From an uncultured candidatus Porisulfidus sp. (lineage in GTDB: Bacteria > Pseudomonadota > Gammaproteobacteria > Poriferisulfidales > Poriferisulfidaceae): a DNA stretch of 64,000 bases. Of the stretch, positions 33,785-43,481 are shown one piece after another (positions within the stretch are counted from its first letter, which is position 1; each line of letters opens with the position of its first letter). The stretch spans positions 1,248,001-1,312,000 of the forward strand of contig OZ220480.1 of the NCBI GenBank assembly GCA_965116025.1, in the 5' to 3' direction. The notes under the pieces were generated by a model. It saw nothing but the letters and a program-made list of their open reading frames with translations, did not search any database and was not told the DNA's origin. Position numbers and translations under genes: made by a program.

Positions 33785-34765
33785 TCAGGGTTCCGGCAGT
33801 CGCGCCACCAGATCCGCAAGCGGGCGCAGCGAGGGGTGTTTGGCGCAGACGTCCTGGACGTAGCGCAGGACTCGCGGCACGTCCCGCAGAAAAGAAGGCT
33901 TGCCATCTCGGTGGCATAGGCGGGCGAAAATTCCGATCGCCTTCAGGTGGCGCTGGACCCCCATGCGGTCGAACCACTCCAGAAAGAGCGCGGAATCCAC
34001 GCTCGCGTCCAGAATTCCGCGCTGGCGCGCGCGCAGGCGGTATCGCTCCGCCCATCCGCGCGCCCGGACCTCGGGCCAGGCGATATAGCAGTCCCGTAGC
34101 AAGGAGACCAGATCGTAGGTGACGGGGCCCCACATCGCGTCCTGATGGTCCAGGATTCCCGGATTGGGGTCGGTGACCATCAGGTTCCGCGAATGGTAGT
34201 CGCGGTGCGTCACGACGCGCGGTTGCTCAAGCGCGTGGTCGATCAGCTCGCGCCACGTCTCCTCTAGCATGCTCCGGTCCTCCTCGCTGACGCTCCAGTC
34301 GAGGTGTCGGGCAAGATACCAGTCGGTGAATCGGTCGAGTTCCAGACGCAACTGCTTCTCGTCGTATAGCGGCAACGGACCGCGCGGCAACGCTTGGACG
34401 CGCAACAGGGCATCGATGGCGTCGCTATATAGAGAATCCGCGGATTCGTCGTTCAGGCGGGACAGGTACTGCTCGTCTCCAAGATCCTCGAGCAGAAGGA
34501 ATCCGTCCGTCTCGTTTTTCGCTCGGATCTCCGGGACGTGAACGTCCGCCTTTCGCAGGTGCGCGTTGACCGAAAGGAAAGCCTGTAGCGGCTCATTCTC
34601 GGGAGGGGCGTCCATCGCGATCCAGCTGCCTGCGCCAGCCGCGCCGCTCGTTCGGAAGTAACGCCGGAAGCTCGCGTCACCGGCCACCGGTCGTAACTCC
34701 AGCGCGGGGTCCTGCAGGATCTGGCGCGTCCAGTCCCGTAAACGCTCCCGCCTCGCATTTCCCAC
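33785..34765 (-). CDS. amgK: MurNAc/GlcNAc anomeric kinase, APH-like
   Basis: [40 protein letters not shown]. Confidence 0.88.
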   Translation of the reverse strand: MGNARRERLRDWTRQILQDPALELRPVAGDASFRRYFRTSGAAGAGSWIAMDAPPENEPLQAFLSVNAHLRKADVHVPEIRAKNETDGFLLLEDLGDEQYLSRLNDESADSLYSDAIDALLRVQALPRGPLPLYDEKQLRLELDRFTDWYLARHLDWSVSEEDRSMLEETWRELIDHALEQPRVVTHRDYHSRNLMVTDPNPGILDHQDAMWGPVTYDLVSLLRDCYIAWPEVRARGWAERYRLRARQRGILDASVDSALFLEWFDRMGVQRHLKAIGIFARLCHRDGKPSFLRDVPRVLRYVQDVCAKHPSLRPLADLVARLPEP

Positions 34766-34906
34766 GGTTGATCCTTGTGTGGGTCCCGTTATAGTTTGCC
34801 CGGAGACATGGTCTTATCGTACTCGCTAATGATTTCGCTGGTGCGCCAGAATTCCTTAGGGTGTCGCTTGGTCTCGCCCAGCGTTAGATTTCACCGAGAG
34901 TCAGTC

Positions 34907-35662
34907 TTACTTTTCGGGAAACTCAGGGCGATTCAATCGCAGTATCTCGACCCAGTCTGACCCGAATTGCACCCACTTGAGAACACGTTTCACCTCAAGC
35001 ACATTCTTAGGTTTTCGGGTGATACGAAAGCACGTAGCACCTTCCGGTATTGGCTCGATAATGGTGAACTGCGAACCATGTGGTTGCCAAGTAAAGACAT
35101 GTCGAGCTCCATCGTATCCCTCTAGGTTTTGACGGTTATTCACTTTCCACTGATAGTTGTTGACTACTATTGGGGTAATCGGGCACTCAAAAATGGTGAA
35201 TTCTTGTGTTTCCATGTTTCTTGCCAAAGCCACAAGCCGCGTATCTTTATGATCCGATTTAGCCTTCTCAATCCGGTTGTTGTAAATGTCCAGCACAGAT
35301 TGTCCTGTAGCCTGAACGTTAGCGAAAGGATCATTGATGCCGGACGAGTATGACGGACTGTTGCGCCCGCTTATCAATCTGATAGTTTTCGCTTTGTGGG
35401 GATTGTTGTTCTTGACTGTTTTGACGGACCAGCAACAGCCGTTCCATGCAACATCAGCAATCCCAATAGGTCTCTCGAAAGATACCCCGGAAATGGAATC
35501 AGCGAATATTTGGCTCCATTCGTCGCCAGTCATATCGATCCTGCCCAAGGCTTTCAGGTGGACGATTCGCCCGCAAATTTCTTCAATAACCGAATCTGGA
35601 AATTCGTTTATGGGATAAGGCTCATGTTTCGTGACTCCGTCCCGCGTCTTGACTTGCCGCAC
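34907..35662 (-). CDS. Probable type II restriction endonuclease
   Basis: Lower-GC ORF overlapping the end of a C5 MTase; ADV...WSVKT fits a PD-(D/E)xK-like site; specificity unknown. Confidence 0.6.
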   Translation of the reverse strand: MRQVKTRDGVTKHEPYPINEFPDSVIEEICGRIVHLKALGRIDMTGDEWSQIFADSISGVSFERPIGIADVAWNGCCWSVKTVKNNNPHKAKTIRLISGRNSPSYSSGINDPFANVQATGQSVLDIYNNRIEKAKSDHKDTRLVALARNMETQEFTIFECPITPIVVNNYQWKVNNRQNLEGYDGARHVFTWQPHGSQFTIIEPIPEGATCFRITRKPKNVLEVKRVLKWVQFGSDWVEILRLNRPEFPEK

Positions 35663-36605
35663 TCATCACCTCCCGAATTACTGCTCGCACCATCGGAACG
35701 GGTACGGCATTTCCTGTTTGCTTCCGTATTTGTGCATCATTGCAAACATTCTTGAAACTCTCTGGAAAGCCCTGCAGGCGCAATTGCTCGCGTGGCGTTA
35801 GCCTGCGCTCACCATTAACTAGCAGGTAATTGTAACTGGCGTTCGCGCGCAGGGCACAGGAATATGGGTGAGAGCTGATATTGCCGCCCTTGTTCTCGTG
35901 CCATACTGAAGGCGTGACTTTGGGCGTGTGGTCCGCCCATCGCTTGCTCTTGATTCTCGCGCTTACGTAGTAGCGTTTTTCTGGATTTTTCTCTAGTATT
36001 CGCGCTAGCGGCGCGCGCTTCGCGCTAATATCAGGCCATTGATAGCGGTCAATGGCATCGCTGTCCTGAAATCCGACCAGTATGATTCGCTCTCGCTTTT
36101 GCGGCAAGCCGAAATCCAGGGCGTTCAGGATGCGCCACTCGCAATCGTAGCCTAGCGAGGCGAGACCTCGCGAAATCTCTTTGAGCGGCTTGCCTTGGGC
36201 TATGGTGGCGAACTGGCGCACGTTCTCCAAAACTAAAGCTCTTGGCCGCTTGGTGTCGAGCACGCGCAAGATTTCATGGAACAGCGTTCCTCGCTTGTCG
36301 CGCAGGCCATTCATGTCGCCAATGATCGAGAAAGGCTGGCAGGGAAAGCCTGCGAAAAGAATGTCGTGATCCGGCACGTCCTCCGCATTGACCCGGGTGA
36401 TGTCGGCCGCTGGGTCGATGCCGAAGTTTTCCCGGTACTGCTCTCGGCACGAGTCGTCGATATCGCAAGCGAATACGCACCGTAGTCCCAAGTCGTGAGC
36501 GGCTAGGTGAAACCCGCCAATCCCGCAGAACAGGTCCGCGAACGTTTCTATGCTCGCGCTCACTGGTGCCTCGGAGATATCTGGCTGAATTTTCAACTCA
36601 GTCAT
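35622..36605 (-). CDS. DNA (cytosine-5) methyltransferase
   Basis: DLFCGIGG, GFPCQPFS, ENV, PQKRER, RLQGFP, GNAV. Confidence 0.95.
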   Translation of the reverse strand: MTELKIQPDISEAPVSASIETFADLFCGIGGFHLAAHDLGLRCVFACDIDDSCREQYRENFGIDPAADITRVNAEDVPDHDILFAGFPCQPFSIIGDMNGLRDKRGTLFHEILRVLDTKRPRALVLENVRQFATIAQGKPLKEISRGLASLGYDCEWRILNALDFGLPQKRERIILVGFQDSDAIDRYQWPDISAKRAPLARILEKNPEKRYYVSARIKSKRWADHTPKVTPSVWHENKGGNISSHPYSCALRANASYNYLLVNGERRLTPREQLRLQGFPESFKNVCNDAQIRKQTGNAVPVPMVRAVIREVMSAASQDAGRSHET

Positions 36606-37568
36606 TCCTCCACTCCTCGTGCTGGGGACTCTACCAGCAGATTCGTGACGAGATGAATCATCGCATTCTTGCTCTTTGGCGCGCTCTCGGCGATCAACAG
36701 CGTGAGCGCGGTCAACGTCCGGGCATCAAGGCGGTGCTCCATGCCTTCCTGCGCCAAGTAGAGCAGGAATAGGAGAGCGCCGATCCGCTTGTTGCCATCG
36801 GTGAAAGGGTGGTCCTTGACGATGAAGTAAAGAAGGTGCGCTGCCTTCTCCTCACGGCTACGGTAGAGCGATTCGCCCAGCATGGTCTGCTCAATGCTCG
36901 CGAGGATGGACTCCAAGGCATTGTCTTGTTGCTTGCCGAAGAGCGACGATGCCTCGCCTCTCGTCGCGAGATCGCGTTTCAACGTCTCAATCGCGTGGAC
37001 CGCGCGGTCCGCGTCAAGTGCGCCAATCGCCGGTTGCGCGCTGGACGGTTTGTCCAGCCGGTTCTCGTCGTATTCTAGAAGAAGGCGCCATGTGCTAGCG
37101 TAGCCCGCGATAAGGTCGAGGGCGACCTTGTCGGTGGTGTTCATCAGCGGCTGGTTCCGTAGGGTTGGGGCCAGGCGACCAAGCGTTTCGCCAATCACCG
37201 CTCGTTCAGCGTATGGCCGCGGGCGAAATGCTCGCGTAGCAGATGGATCGCCCATTGTCGGAAGTGTGCGCCGCGTTCCGATTAACTCGGTCGCTGACGA
37301 AAATAAGAGCACTTAGGGTGTCGTGCCAGACGCAACGCTGGACCCTCCTCTCGCCTTCAGTTTGCCCTACCAAAAAACCCTCGGTTGTTGCTCCAGTAAA
37401 CCACCCGCTATCGCCGCAAATATTTTTCAGATGAAGCCCCACGTTATCGGCTGACGTATCAAACTCCTCCGCCATTTGACACCGCGTTAGCCAGATGCTC
37501 TCGCGTTCTAAGCGCGAACCCACTCGCGCGTCACCGCCTAGACTTGCGATCAGGATATCACCAGTCAT
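36602..37568 (-). pseudogene. RhuM-Fic/DOC fusion, frameshifted
   Basis: N-terminal IWLT..MAE.FDTSADNVGLHLKNI..QTEG (RhuM-like) in ORF 37206..37568; Fic motif HPFTDGNKRIG in a different frame (36602..37312). Confidence 0.75.
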
Positions 37569-37659
37569 GGGGGCTCGCTTTATCGCTCCAAAGCCCGACG
37601 GCCAGAGCGAGGATGAACGCCCCGACCATCGACACGATCACGATGTCCGCGTCCGTCAT
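37558..37659 (-). CDS. 33-aa single-TM small protein, not in ORF track
   Basis: MTDADIVIVSMVGAFILALAVGLWSDKASPHDW*; ATG overlaps the TGA of the upstream ORF (ATGA). Confidence 0.45.
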   Translation of the reverse strand: MTDADIVIVSMVGAFILALAVGLWSDKASPHDW

Positions 37660-38057
37660 GGAGTAGGGCAGGCGATCTTCTGTTCATATCGGAGACATTC
37701 GAGTAGGATCGCCCCCGGCGGCTCCACACAGCCCGCGTCCACAATCTCCGGGGCGTTCCGCCAATTCGCCACGCCCTGTTCTCTACATAACTGTTTCATC
37801 TCCTTCTCGTAATACCTGGTGGAACCCAAGTAGTAACGAAATCCGGCTCCTGTTTCGTAGTGAGAACGCGTTGGCCAGATTTCCCTACGGATCATCACGG
37901 GACCGAATAGCCAATACCGCTTTCCGATTATCTTCGTATGGACGGACGGGGTATCGTCGTGAACATGTCTAGGCTCGATGTCGCTACCTTTCCGCCACGG
38001 ATGCGCTCCCGCGCTCCCCGCGACCGAGACGGCCAAAGCGAATAGCAACGCTCTCAT
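37656..38057 (-). CDS. Hypothetical secreted protein
   Basis: Signal peptide MRALLFALAVSVAGSAGA, four Cys in C-terminal part, ATGA overlaps at both ends. Confidence 0.6.
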   Translation of the reverse strand: MRALLFALAVSVAGSAGAHPWRKGSDIEPRHVHDDTPSVHTKIIGKRYWLFGPVMIRREIWPTRSHYETGAGFRYYLGSTRYYEKEMKQLCREQGVANWRNAPEIVDAGCVEPPGAILLECLRYEQKIACPTP

Positions 38058-38232
38058 TTTGCGTCTTCCCGCGTTGCCAGTTTCGCGACTGCATCGAGGA
38101 GATATCGGATCAGTTGATCGTATGAGAGAGACGCGACGGGGTGGCCTTGCTCCCGCGCCGCGTCTCTGGCCTCCGATAGGCTTTTCATGTCTTGTCCGAG
38201 ACGCGGATCGTCTTGTACGTTCGTTTCTTCAT
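38054..38232 (-). pseudogene. Frameshifted ribbon-helix-helix-like small protein
   Basis: GGGAGA RBS, MKKRTYKTIRVSDKT then a 1-nt shift to KSLSEARDAAREQGHPVASLSYDQLIRYLLDAVAKLATREDAK*; stop overlaps next ATG. Confidence 0.45.
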
Positions 38233-38243
38233 GCAGTCTCCCG

Positions 38244-38627
38244 TCAATGTAGCATGCTTGGGCAGAAGGCAGGGGAGTCGGGATAATTCCGTTCGAGGAT
38301 GTCCTCCTCCTCCTCCCGTTCGATGGCCTTGCTCTCCTCGTCTGTCAGGTACAAAGCGCAGACGCGACCAAGCGCGCGCGACAGATGATATTCGAGATTA
38401 AAGTTCCGATCGGACGCGCGCTCCCACTCCAAGTCGTCCTCAATAGTGTCCGCGATCCCGCGAACAACGTAGTCCGTCACGTCCATGTCGTCGCGCATCT
38501 TCGCTTCCGCGTGCGCCTTTCCCCACGCCTCGAACGAGGCCTCGATGTCCGCCTTCAACTTCCGATTCCAAACGGGATCGTCTGGCTTGGCCGTCGCAAG
38601 TCGTTTCCAATCTCTATCTGTCATCAT
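38244..38627 (-). CDS. Hypothetical acidic protein
   Basis: GGAGA RBS upstream, natural-looking composition, first ORF of a co-directional run. Confidence 0.6.
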   Translation of the reverse strand: MMTDRDWKRLATAKPDDPVWNRKLKADIEASFEAWGKAHAEAKMRDDMDVTDYVVRGIADTIEDDLEWERASDRNFNLEYHLSRALGRVCALYLTDEESKAIEREEEEDILERNYPDSPAFCPSMLH

Positions 38628-38808
38628 GTCATCGTCTCCAAAATCGAGAGGGGGAACGGCTCAAACATTTCCCCTCCCAGTGTAGCGGCTAGTCCTTCGT
38701 CGAACGTCCATCCTCACGCGGCCATGCGTTCCGCACCGGTTCTCCGTCAACCTGTTTCCGCTCGTTTGGCATAGTTACCGCCATCATAATACAGCCTCGA
38801 ATTATTTA

Positions 38809-40275
38809 GTCGTTGCTGAAGTATCCGCCTCCGGTCATGCGGGACGGAGAGAAAATCGCCTCGAGAGGCCGAGCGTCCGGCCTCGGAGGAGAAATTCCCG
38901 GAATTTTCTCCAGGCGCGGGAAAACCCGGCCAGAAGCTTGGCGAAGTTGTACCCGGCCGCCGCCAGAACCGCGTTGGCGCGGTCGCCGGAGCGGCCTTTC
39001 AGCCGATTCCGATGCAGCCGGTGATCCGATTTCAGATGGCCGATGGTCGGCTCGATCGCCGCCCGCCGCTTCATCCACTTCCGCGCCGTTCGGGTCGCCG
39101 TCTTCGGGATCTTCCCCACCACATGCGCCCGCGTCTCTCCCGACACCCCGTGCCCCCGATACCCCTGGTCGCAGTAGACCCGCTTCGGCCGCTGGCCCGC
39201 CAGCCGCTCGATCCGCTCCAGCGCGGCGGCCAGCGTGTGCCCGTCATACGGGTTCCCCGCCAGACTCATCGCCGACACCAGCCAGTTCCCCTTCGAGGTC
39301 GTCGCGAACGAGACCTTGCACCCGAACTCGTAACGCCGATGCGGCTTGCCCTTGGCGACGCGCTCCACCTCCGGCGCATGCACGCTGTACAGCTTGCCCT
39401 TGTCCTCGCGCTTCTGTTTCAGCAGGCGCTCGGATCGCTCCAGCAGCGTCTCCAGCGCCGCGTCCGGGCTCGGAACCTTCCGCCGAATGTCCCGCACCAC
39501 CCGCCCGAGCATGGTCTTCAAGGCGCGCGTCTGGCGCGCCGCGCGCTTCATCTGGCGCGCGTACCCATAACGCCCGCACAGGATCAGCGCCTTCTTCCCG
39601 ACCCGCTGGTAGCTCTGCCGCAGAGCCACGCCGCGCTTCCGCGCCTCCCGAACCAGCGCCGCCCGCGCCTTGTGATACAGCCGCGCGTCGGTCGGGAACG
39701 CCACCGCCTTCTCCTGCACCGTCGTGTCCACGTTCACCCGCTCCAGCTCGCGCGCGCCCATGAGCCCTTCCCGCCGCGCCACCCGGATCGTCTGCGTCAG
39801 CAAGCAGTCCAGGCGCTCCCCCACTCGCTCGCGCCAGCGCGTCATGCTGCTCGAGTGCAGAGGCGCCTTCATCTGCATGCGCTCATAACCGCAGAACGCC
39901 TGCCAGTACGGGTTCTGCCGCCAGATCTCGACCACCCGCTCGTCGCTCATGTCATGCGCGTACTTCAGAAAGTGGAGACCCGCCATCAGCCGGGTCGGCA
40001 ACGGCGGCTGTCCTGGTCCAGGAGCGTGCAGGCCGCCGAGCTCCTCCTCCATCTCCTCCCAGTCGATCTTCTCGCCCAGAATCAGCAGGGGCTCCTTCGG
40101 GTCCAGCATCTGGGACAGGCGGGCGCGGAACAGGTCGGCGTGAGTATCGGGCTTCTTCGGTTTCATGTTTCGCAAGGAATCGGCGCTCAAGCGCGGGAAA
40201 ACTTGCGATGCAGCATACCCGAAAACTGATTCTATGTCAAGTGATTCAAACAGTTAGGAATACTTCAGCAACGAC
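38809..40275 (-). mobile_element. IS5-family (IS1478-like) insertion sequence, 1467 bp
   Basis: Perfect 16-bp terminal IRs GTCGTTGCTGAAGTAT (38809-38824 / 40260-40275) flanked by direct repeat TATTTA (38803-38808 / 40276-40281). Confidence 0.92.
38835..40166 (-). CDS. IS5-family DDE transposase
   Basis: NPYWQAFCG, VDTTVQEKAVAFPTD, YEFGCKVS, NPYDG, DQGYRG, RAAIEPTIGHLK; likely start ATG 40166. Confidence 0.93.
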   Translation of the reverse strand: MKPKKPDTHADLFRARLSQMLDPKEPLLILGEKIDWEEMEEELGGLHAPGPGQPPLPTRLMAGLHFLKYAHDMSDERVVEIWRQNPYWQAFCGYERMQMKAPLHSSSMTRWRERVGERLDCLLTQTIRVARREGLMGARELERVNVDTTVQEKAVAFPTDARLYHKARAALVREARKRGVALRQSYQRVGKKALILCGRYGYARQMKRAARQTRALKTMLGRVVRDIRRKVPSPDAALETLLERSERLLKQKREDKGKLYSVHAPEVERVAKGKPHRRYEFGCKVSFATTSKGNWLVSAMSLAGNPYDGHTLAAALERIERLAGQRPKRVYCDQGYRGHGVSGETRAHVVGKIPKTATRTARKWMKRRAAIEPTIGHLKSDHRLHRNRLKGRSGDRANAVLAAAGYNFAKLLAGFSRAWRKFREFLLRGRTLGLSRRFSLRPA

Positions 40276-40442
40276 TATTTATATTCTATTCGTATTCGCG
40301 AACGCGATTTGGGTGCGGCTTTTCACTCCAGTTTTTAAGATTCTGGCGCGAGGGAGTGTCGAAATCTCGAGCGGACAATGCCCCTATGATATTGGAGATT
40401 ACCCAAATAAGGCACTAAAATGCTCATTATGGGTATCTCGCT

Positions 40443-41081
40443 ATGAGTTCGGCTATTCGCGAAATGGTCACGGAAAGTCCAGGCGTTCCCATTGGCCTTG
40501 CCGACGCCTTGTTCGCCAAAACCCGGAAGAAAGTTTTGGCGCTCCTTTTTGGGCAACCGGAGCGAAGCTTCTATACCAAGGAGCTTATCGCGCTGGTTGG
40601 TTCCGGCTCTGGGGCGGTGCAGCGAGAGCTGCGACGCTTGACTTCCAGTGGATTGGCCAAGATGACTCCCATCGGAACGAGGAAGCACTACCGGGCGAAT
40701 CCCGATTGCCCCGTGTATGCCGAGCTCGTTGGTCTCATGCGGAAGACGGTCGCGGTGGCGGAACCGATCCGCCACGCGCTGAATCCGATCGCCAGTCGCG
40801 TCAGGCTCGCCATGATCTACGGTTCCGTCGCGCGGGGCGCGGATACGGCGGCCAGCGATATCGATCTGCTCGTCGTCGCTGACGACCTGACTCTGGAGGA
40901 GGTCTACGCCGCGCTCGCTCCAGTCGAGGCGCGCTTGGGCCGCAAGATCAGTCCCGCGCTGTATACGCGGCGGGAATTCGACGCTCGCCGGTCGTCCGGG
41001 AATTCTTTCCTGTCCAGAGTATTCGCGAGCGAGCGTTTGGTTATTGTTGGAGAGGAAGGTAGCGCGTCCGCGGCTGGATAA
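40443..41081 (+). CDS. Winged-HTH plus minimal nucleotidyltransferase (MNT) protein
   Basis: DALF..R.KVLALLF..GAVQRELRRL HTH; YGSVARG.D..SDIDLLVV nucleotidyltransferase motif. Confidence 0.85.
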   Translation: MSSAIREMVTESPGVPIGLADALFAKTRKKVLALLFGQPERSFYTKELIALVGSGSGAVQRELRRLTSSGLAKMTPIGTRKHYRANPDCPVYAELVGLMRKTVAVAEPIRHALNPIASRVRLAMIYGSVARGADTAASDIDLLVVADDLTLEEVYAALAPVEARLGRKISPALYTRREFDARRSSGNSFLSRVFASERLVIVGEEGSASAAG

Positions 41082-41253
41082 TCTGGCGCGGGTAAGGAAA
41101 CTCGAAACTCAAGTGCGGAGCTACCCGTCGCGGGAGAAGTCTTCGCGCGAGCGAGGGATTGATCCGCCGCGGTAAGGGGCCACTTTGACAAATCAGTTAC
41201 AATACGCGCCTGGCGAGGCCCTGGGCGTCGCCGCGCTTATCGAGGAAATCCGA

Positions 41254-41460
41254 ATGGCTGTCCAGAAAAGCCGAAAGAGTCGCTCCAAGCGCGACATGCG
41301 TCGCTCGCACCATGCGCTGAAAAGCGCCACGGTGTCGGAGGATCCGCGCACGGGCACGCGCCACCGCCGGCACCACATCGCCGCCGACGGCTATTACCGG
41401 GGCCGAAAGATTCTCGAGGTCAAGCAACCGAAGAAAGACCCGGTCGAAACGGAAACCTGA
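41254..41460 (+). CDS. rpmF: 50S ribosomal protein L32
   Basis: [30 protein letters not shown]; precedes plsX. Confidence 0.95.
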   Translation: MAVQKSRKSRSKRDMRRSHHALKSATVSEDPRTGTRHRRHHIAADGYYRGRKILEVKQPKKDPVETET

Positions 41461-41496
41461 CCGGGCTTCCGCCTCCGCCGCCGCGCGGATCCGCAC

Positions 41497-42534
41497 ATGA
41501 CCGACGACGTCACCATCGCGCTGGATGTGATGGGCGGCGACCATGGCGTGGACAGCGCGTTGCCGGCCGCGGTCTCCCGGCTCAAGGCCGATCCGGACCT
41601 GCGTCTGATCCTGGTTGGCGACGAGCCTCTGATCCGCGAGCGGCTTCGGACGCTGGATCCGGCGTCGGAGGACCGCTTGCTCGTGCATCACGCCTCGGAG
41701 CGGATCGAGATGGGCGAGCCTCCTCTGCAGGCGTTGCGCGGAAAGCCGGACTCGTCGATGCGGGTCGGTCTCAATCTGTTGCGCGACGGAGAGGCGCAGG
41801 CGTTCGTGAGCGCTGGCAACACTGGCGCCTTGGTGGCGCTGTCTCATTTCGTGGTGCGGATGCTTCCGGGAATCGATCGTCCCGCCATCCAGTCGACCGT
41901 TCCGTCTCTGGAGGGGAGCACGCACGTGCTGGACCTGGGCGGCAACGTGGACTCGCGCGCGGAGCATCTCCTGCAGTTCGCCGTGATGGGGTCCGTGCTT
42001 TCGCAAGTGCTCGACGACAAGGAGCGGCCCCGGGTCGGATTGCTTAACGTCGGCGAGGAGAACATCAAGGGCAACCGCCAAGTGCAGGAGGCGAACGCCC
42101 TGTTGCGCGAGAGCCGGCTGAACTATATCGGCTATGTCGAGGGCGACGACATTTACTGTGGAGACGTCGACGTCGTGGTGTGCGACGGTTTCGTCGGCAA
42201 CATTTCGCTGAAGACCACCGAGGGCGTGGCTCGGATGCTGATCACGTTCCTCAAGGAGGAGTTCCAGCGCAACCTTTACCGACGCGCGGCGATGGCCATG
42301 TCCGCGCCGATTCTCACGGGATTCCGCCGTCTTTTCGATCCGCGCCGCTATAATGGAGCCAGCCTGCTGGGCCTTCGTCACGTGGTTATCAAGAGTCACG
42401 GAAGCGCCGACGCGTTCGCGTTCGAGCAGGCCATCGTCCGCGCGCAGCAGGAGGCGCGCCGGGATCTGCCGATGCGGATAGACCGGAACATCGACACCTT
42501 GCTGGCCGGTCGCGCCGAAACGAACGAATCATGA
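41497..42534 (+). CDS. plsX: Phosphate acyltransferase PlsX
   Basis: IALDVMGGD, SAGNTGAL, GIDRPA, DGFVGN, KSHG. Confidence 0.96.
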   Translation: MTDDVTIALDVMGGDHGVDSALPAAVSRLKADPDLRLILVGDEPLIRERLRTLDPASEDRLLVHHASERIEMGEPPLQALRGKPDSSMRVGLNLLRDGEAQAFVSAGNTGALVALSHFVVRMLPGIDRPAIQSTVPSLEGSTHVLDLGGNVDSRAEHLLQFAVMGSVLSQVLDDKERPRVGLLNVGEENIKGNRQVQEANALLRESRLNYIGYVEGDDIYCGDVDVVVCDGFVGNISLKTTEGVARMLITFLKEEFQRNLYRRAAMAMSAPILTGFRRLFDPRRYNGASLLGLRHVVIKSHGSADAFAFEQAIVRAQQEARRDLPMRIDRNIDTLLAGRAETNES

Positions 42535-43472
42535 TTCACGCGGCGATCGCCGGGACCGGCTCTTGCCTTCCCGAGCGGGTGGTGACCAACCGGGAATTGG
42601 AGAAGACGGTCGACACCACGGACCAGTGGATTCGCGAGCGAACTGGCATCTTGCAGCGGCATATCGCGGGCGACGGCGAGACCACGGCCTCGATGGGCGC
42701 CCGGGCGGCCCGGGAGGCGCTGGCGGCGGCGGATTTAACGCCGGACGACATCGATATGATCGTGCTGGCGACGACCACCCCCGACCGAATCTTCCCGAGC
42801 ACGGCCTGCCATATTCAGCGAGATCTAGGGGCCCGGGACTGTCCGGCGTTCGACGTTCAGGCCGTATGCAGCGGCTTCATCTACGGATTGGACATCGCTC
42901 GGCGGTTCATCGTGACCGAAGGCGGCGGCGCGGCGCTGGTGATCGGCTCCGAAGTGCTTTCGCGCATCGTCGATTGGAGCGATCGCAGCACTTGCGTGCT
43001 GTTTGGCGATGGCGCGGGCGCCGTGGTCCTACAGGCGCGCGACGAGCCTGGCATCCTGTCGACTCACTTGCATGCGGACGGGCGCTACGATCACTTGCTG
43101 CAAGTTTCGCCGGAGGCCAACGGGGCCTTTATCGAGATGAAGGGCAACGAGGTCTTCCGAATGGCGGTGAACACCTTGGGGCGGATCGTGGACGAGACCC
43201 TTGAGGCTAACGAGATGGGTCGGCGCGAGGTGGACTGGCTGGTTCCGCATCAGGCCAATCACCGAATCATCGCGGCCACCGCGCGCAAGCTGGATCTGTC
43301 CATGGAACGGGTGGTCGTCACCGTCGACCAGCATGGCAACACCTCGGCCGCCTCGGTGCCCCTGGCGTTGAATCAAGCCGTGCGCGATGGCCGGATCCGG
43401 CCGGGCGACGTGCTTATGCTGGAAGCCTTCGGCGGCGGCTTCACCTGGGGCTCCGCGCTGATCCGATATTAG
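42531..43472 (+). CDS. fabH: 3-oxoacyl-ACP synthase III
   Basis: AVCSGF, FGDGAGA, PHQAN, GNTSAAS, GGGFTWG. Confidence 0.96.
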   Translation: MIHAAIAGTGSCLPERVVTNRELEKTVDTTDQWIRERTGILQRHIAGDGETTASMGARAAREALAAADLTPDDIDMIVLATTTPDRIFPSTACHIQRDLGARDCPAFDVQAVCSGFIYGLDIARRFIVTEGGGAALVIGSEVLSRIVDWSDRSTCVLFGDGAGAVVLQARDEPGILSTHLHADGRYDHLLQVSPEANGAFIEMKGNEVFRMAVNTLGRIVDETLEANEMGRREVDWLVPHQANHRIIAATARKLDLSMERVVVTVDQHGNTSAASVPLALNQAVRDGRIRPGDVLMLEAFGGGFTWGSALIRY

Positions 43473-43481
43473 GTCTTCCCG

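Noticed and set aside
34770-41250. Replication origin or dif site at the point where gene direction diverges
   Set aside because: No DnaA boxes, dnaA/gidA or dif-like 28-mer noticed; an island at a rearrangement junction explains it.
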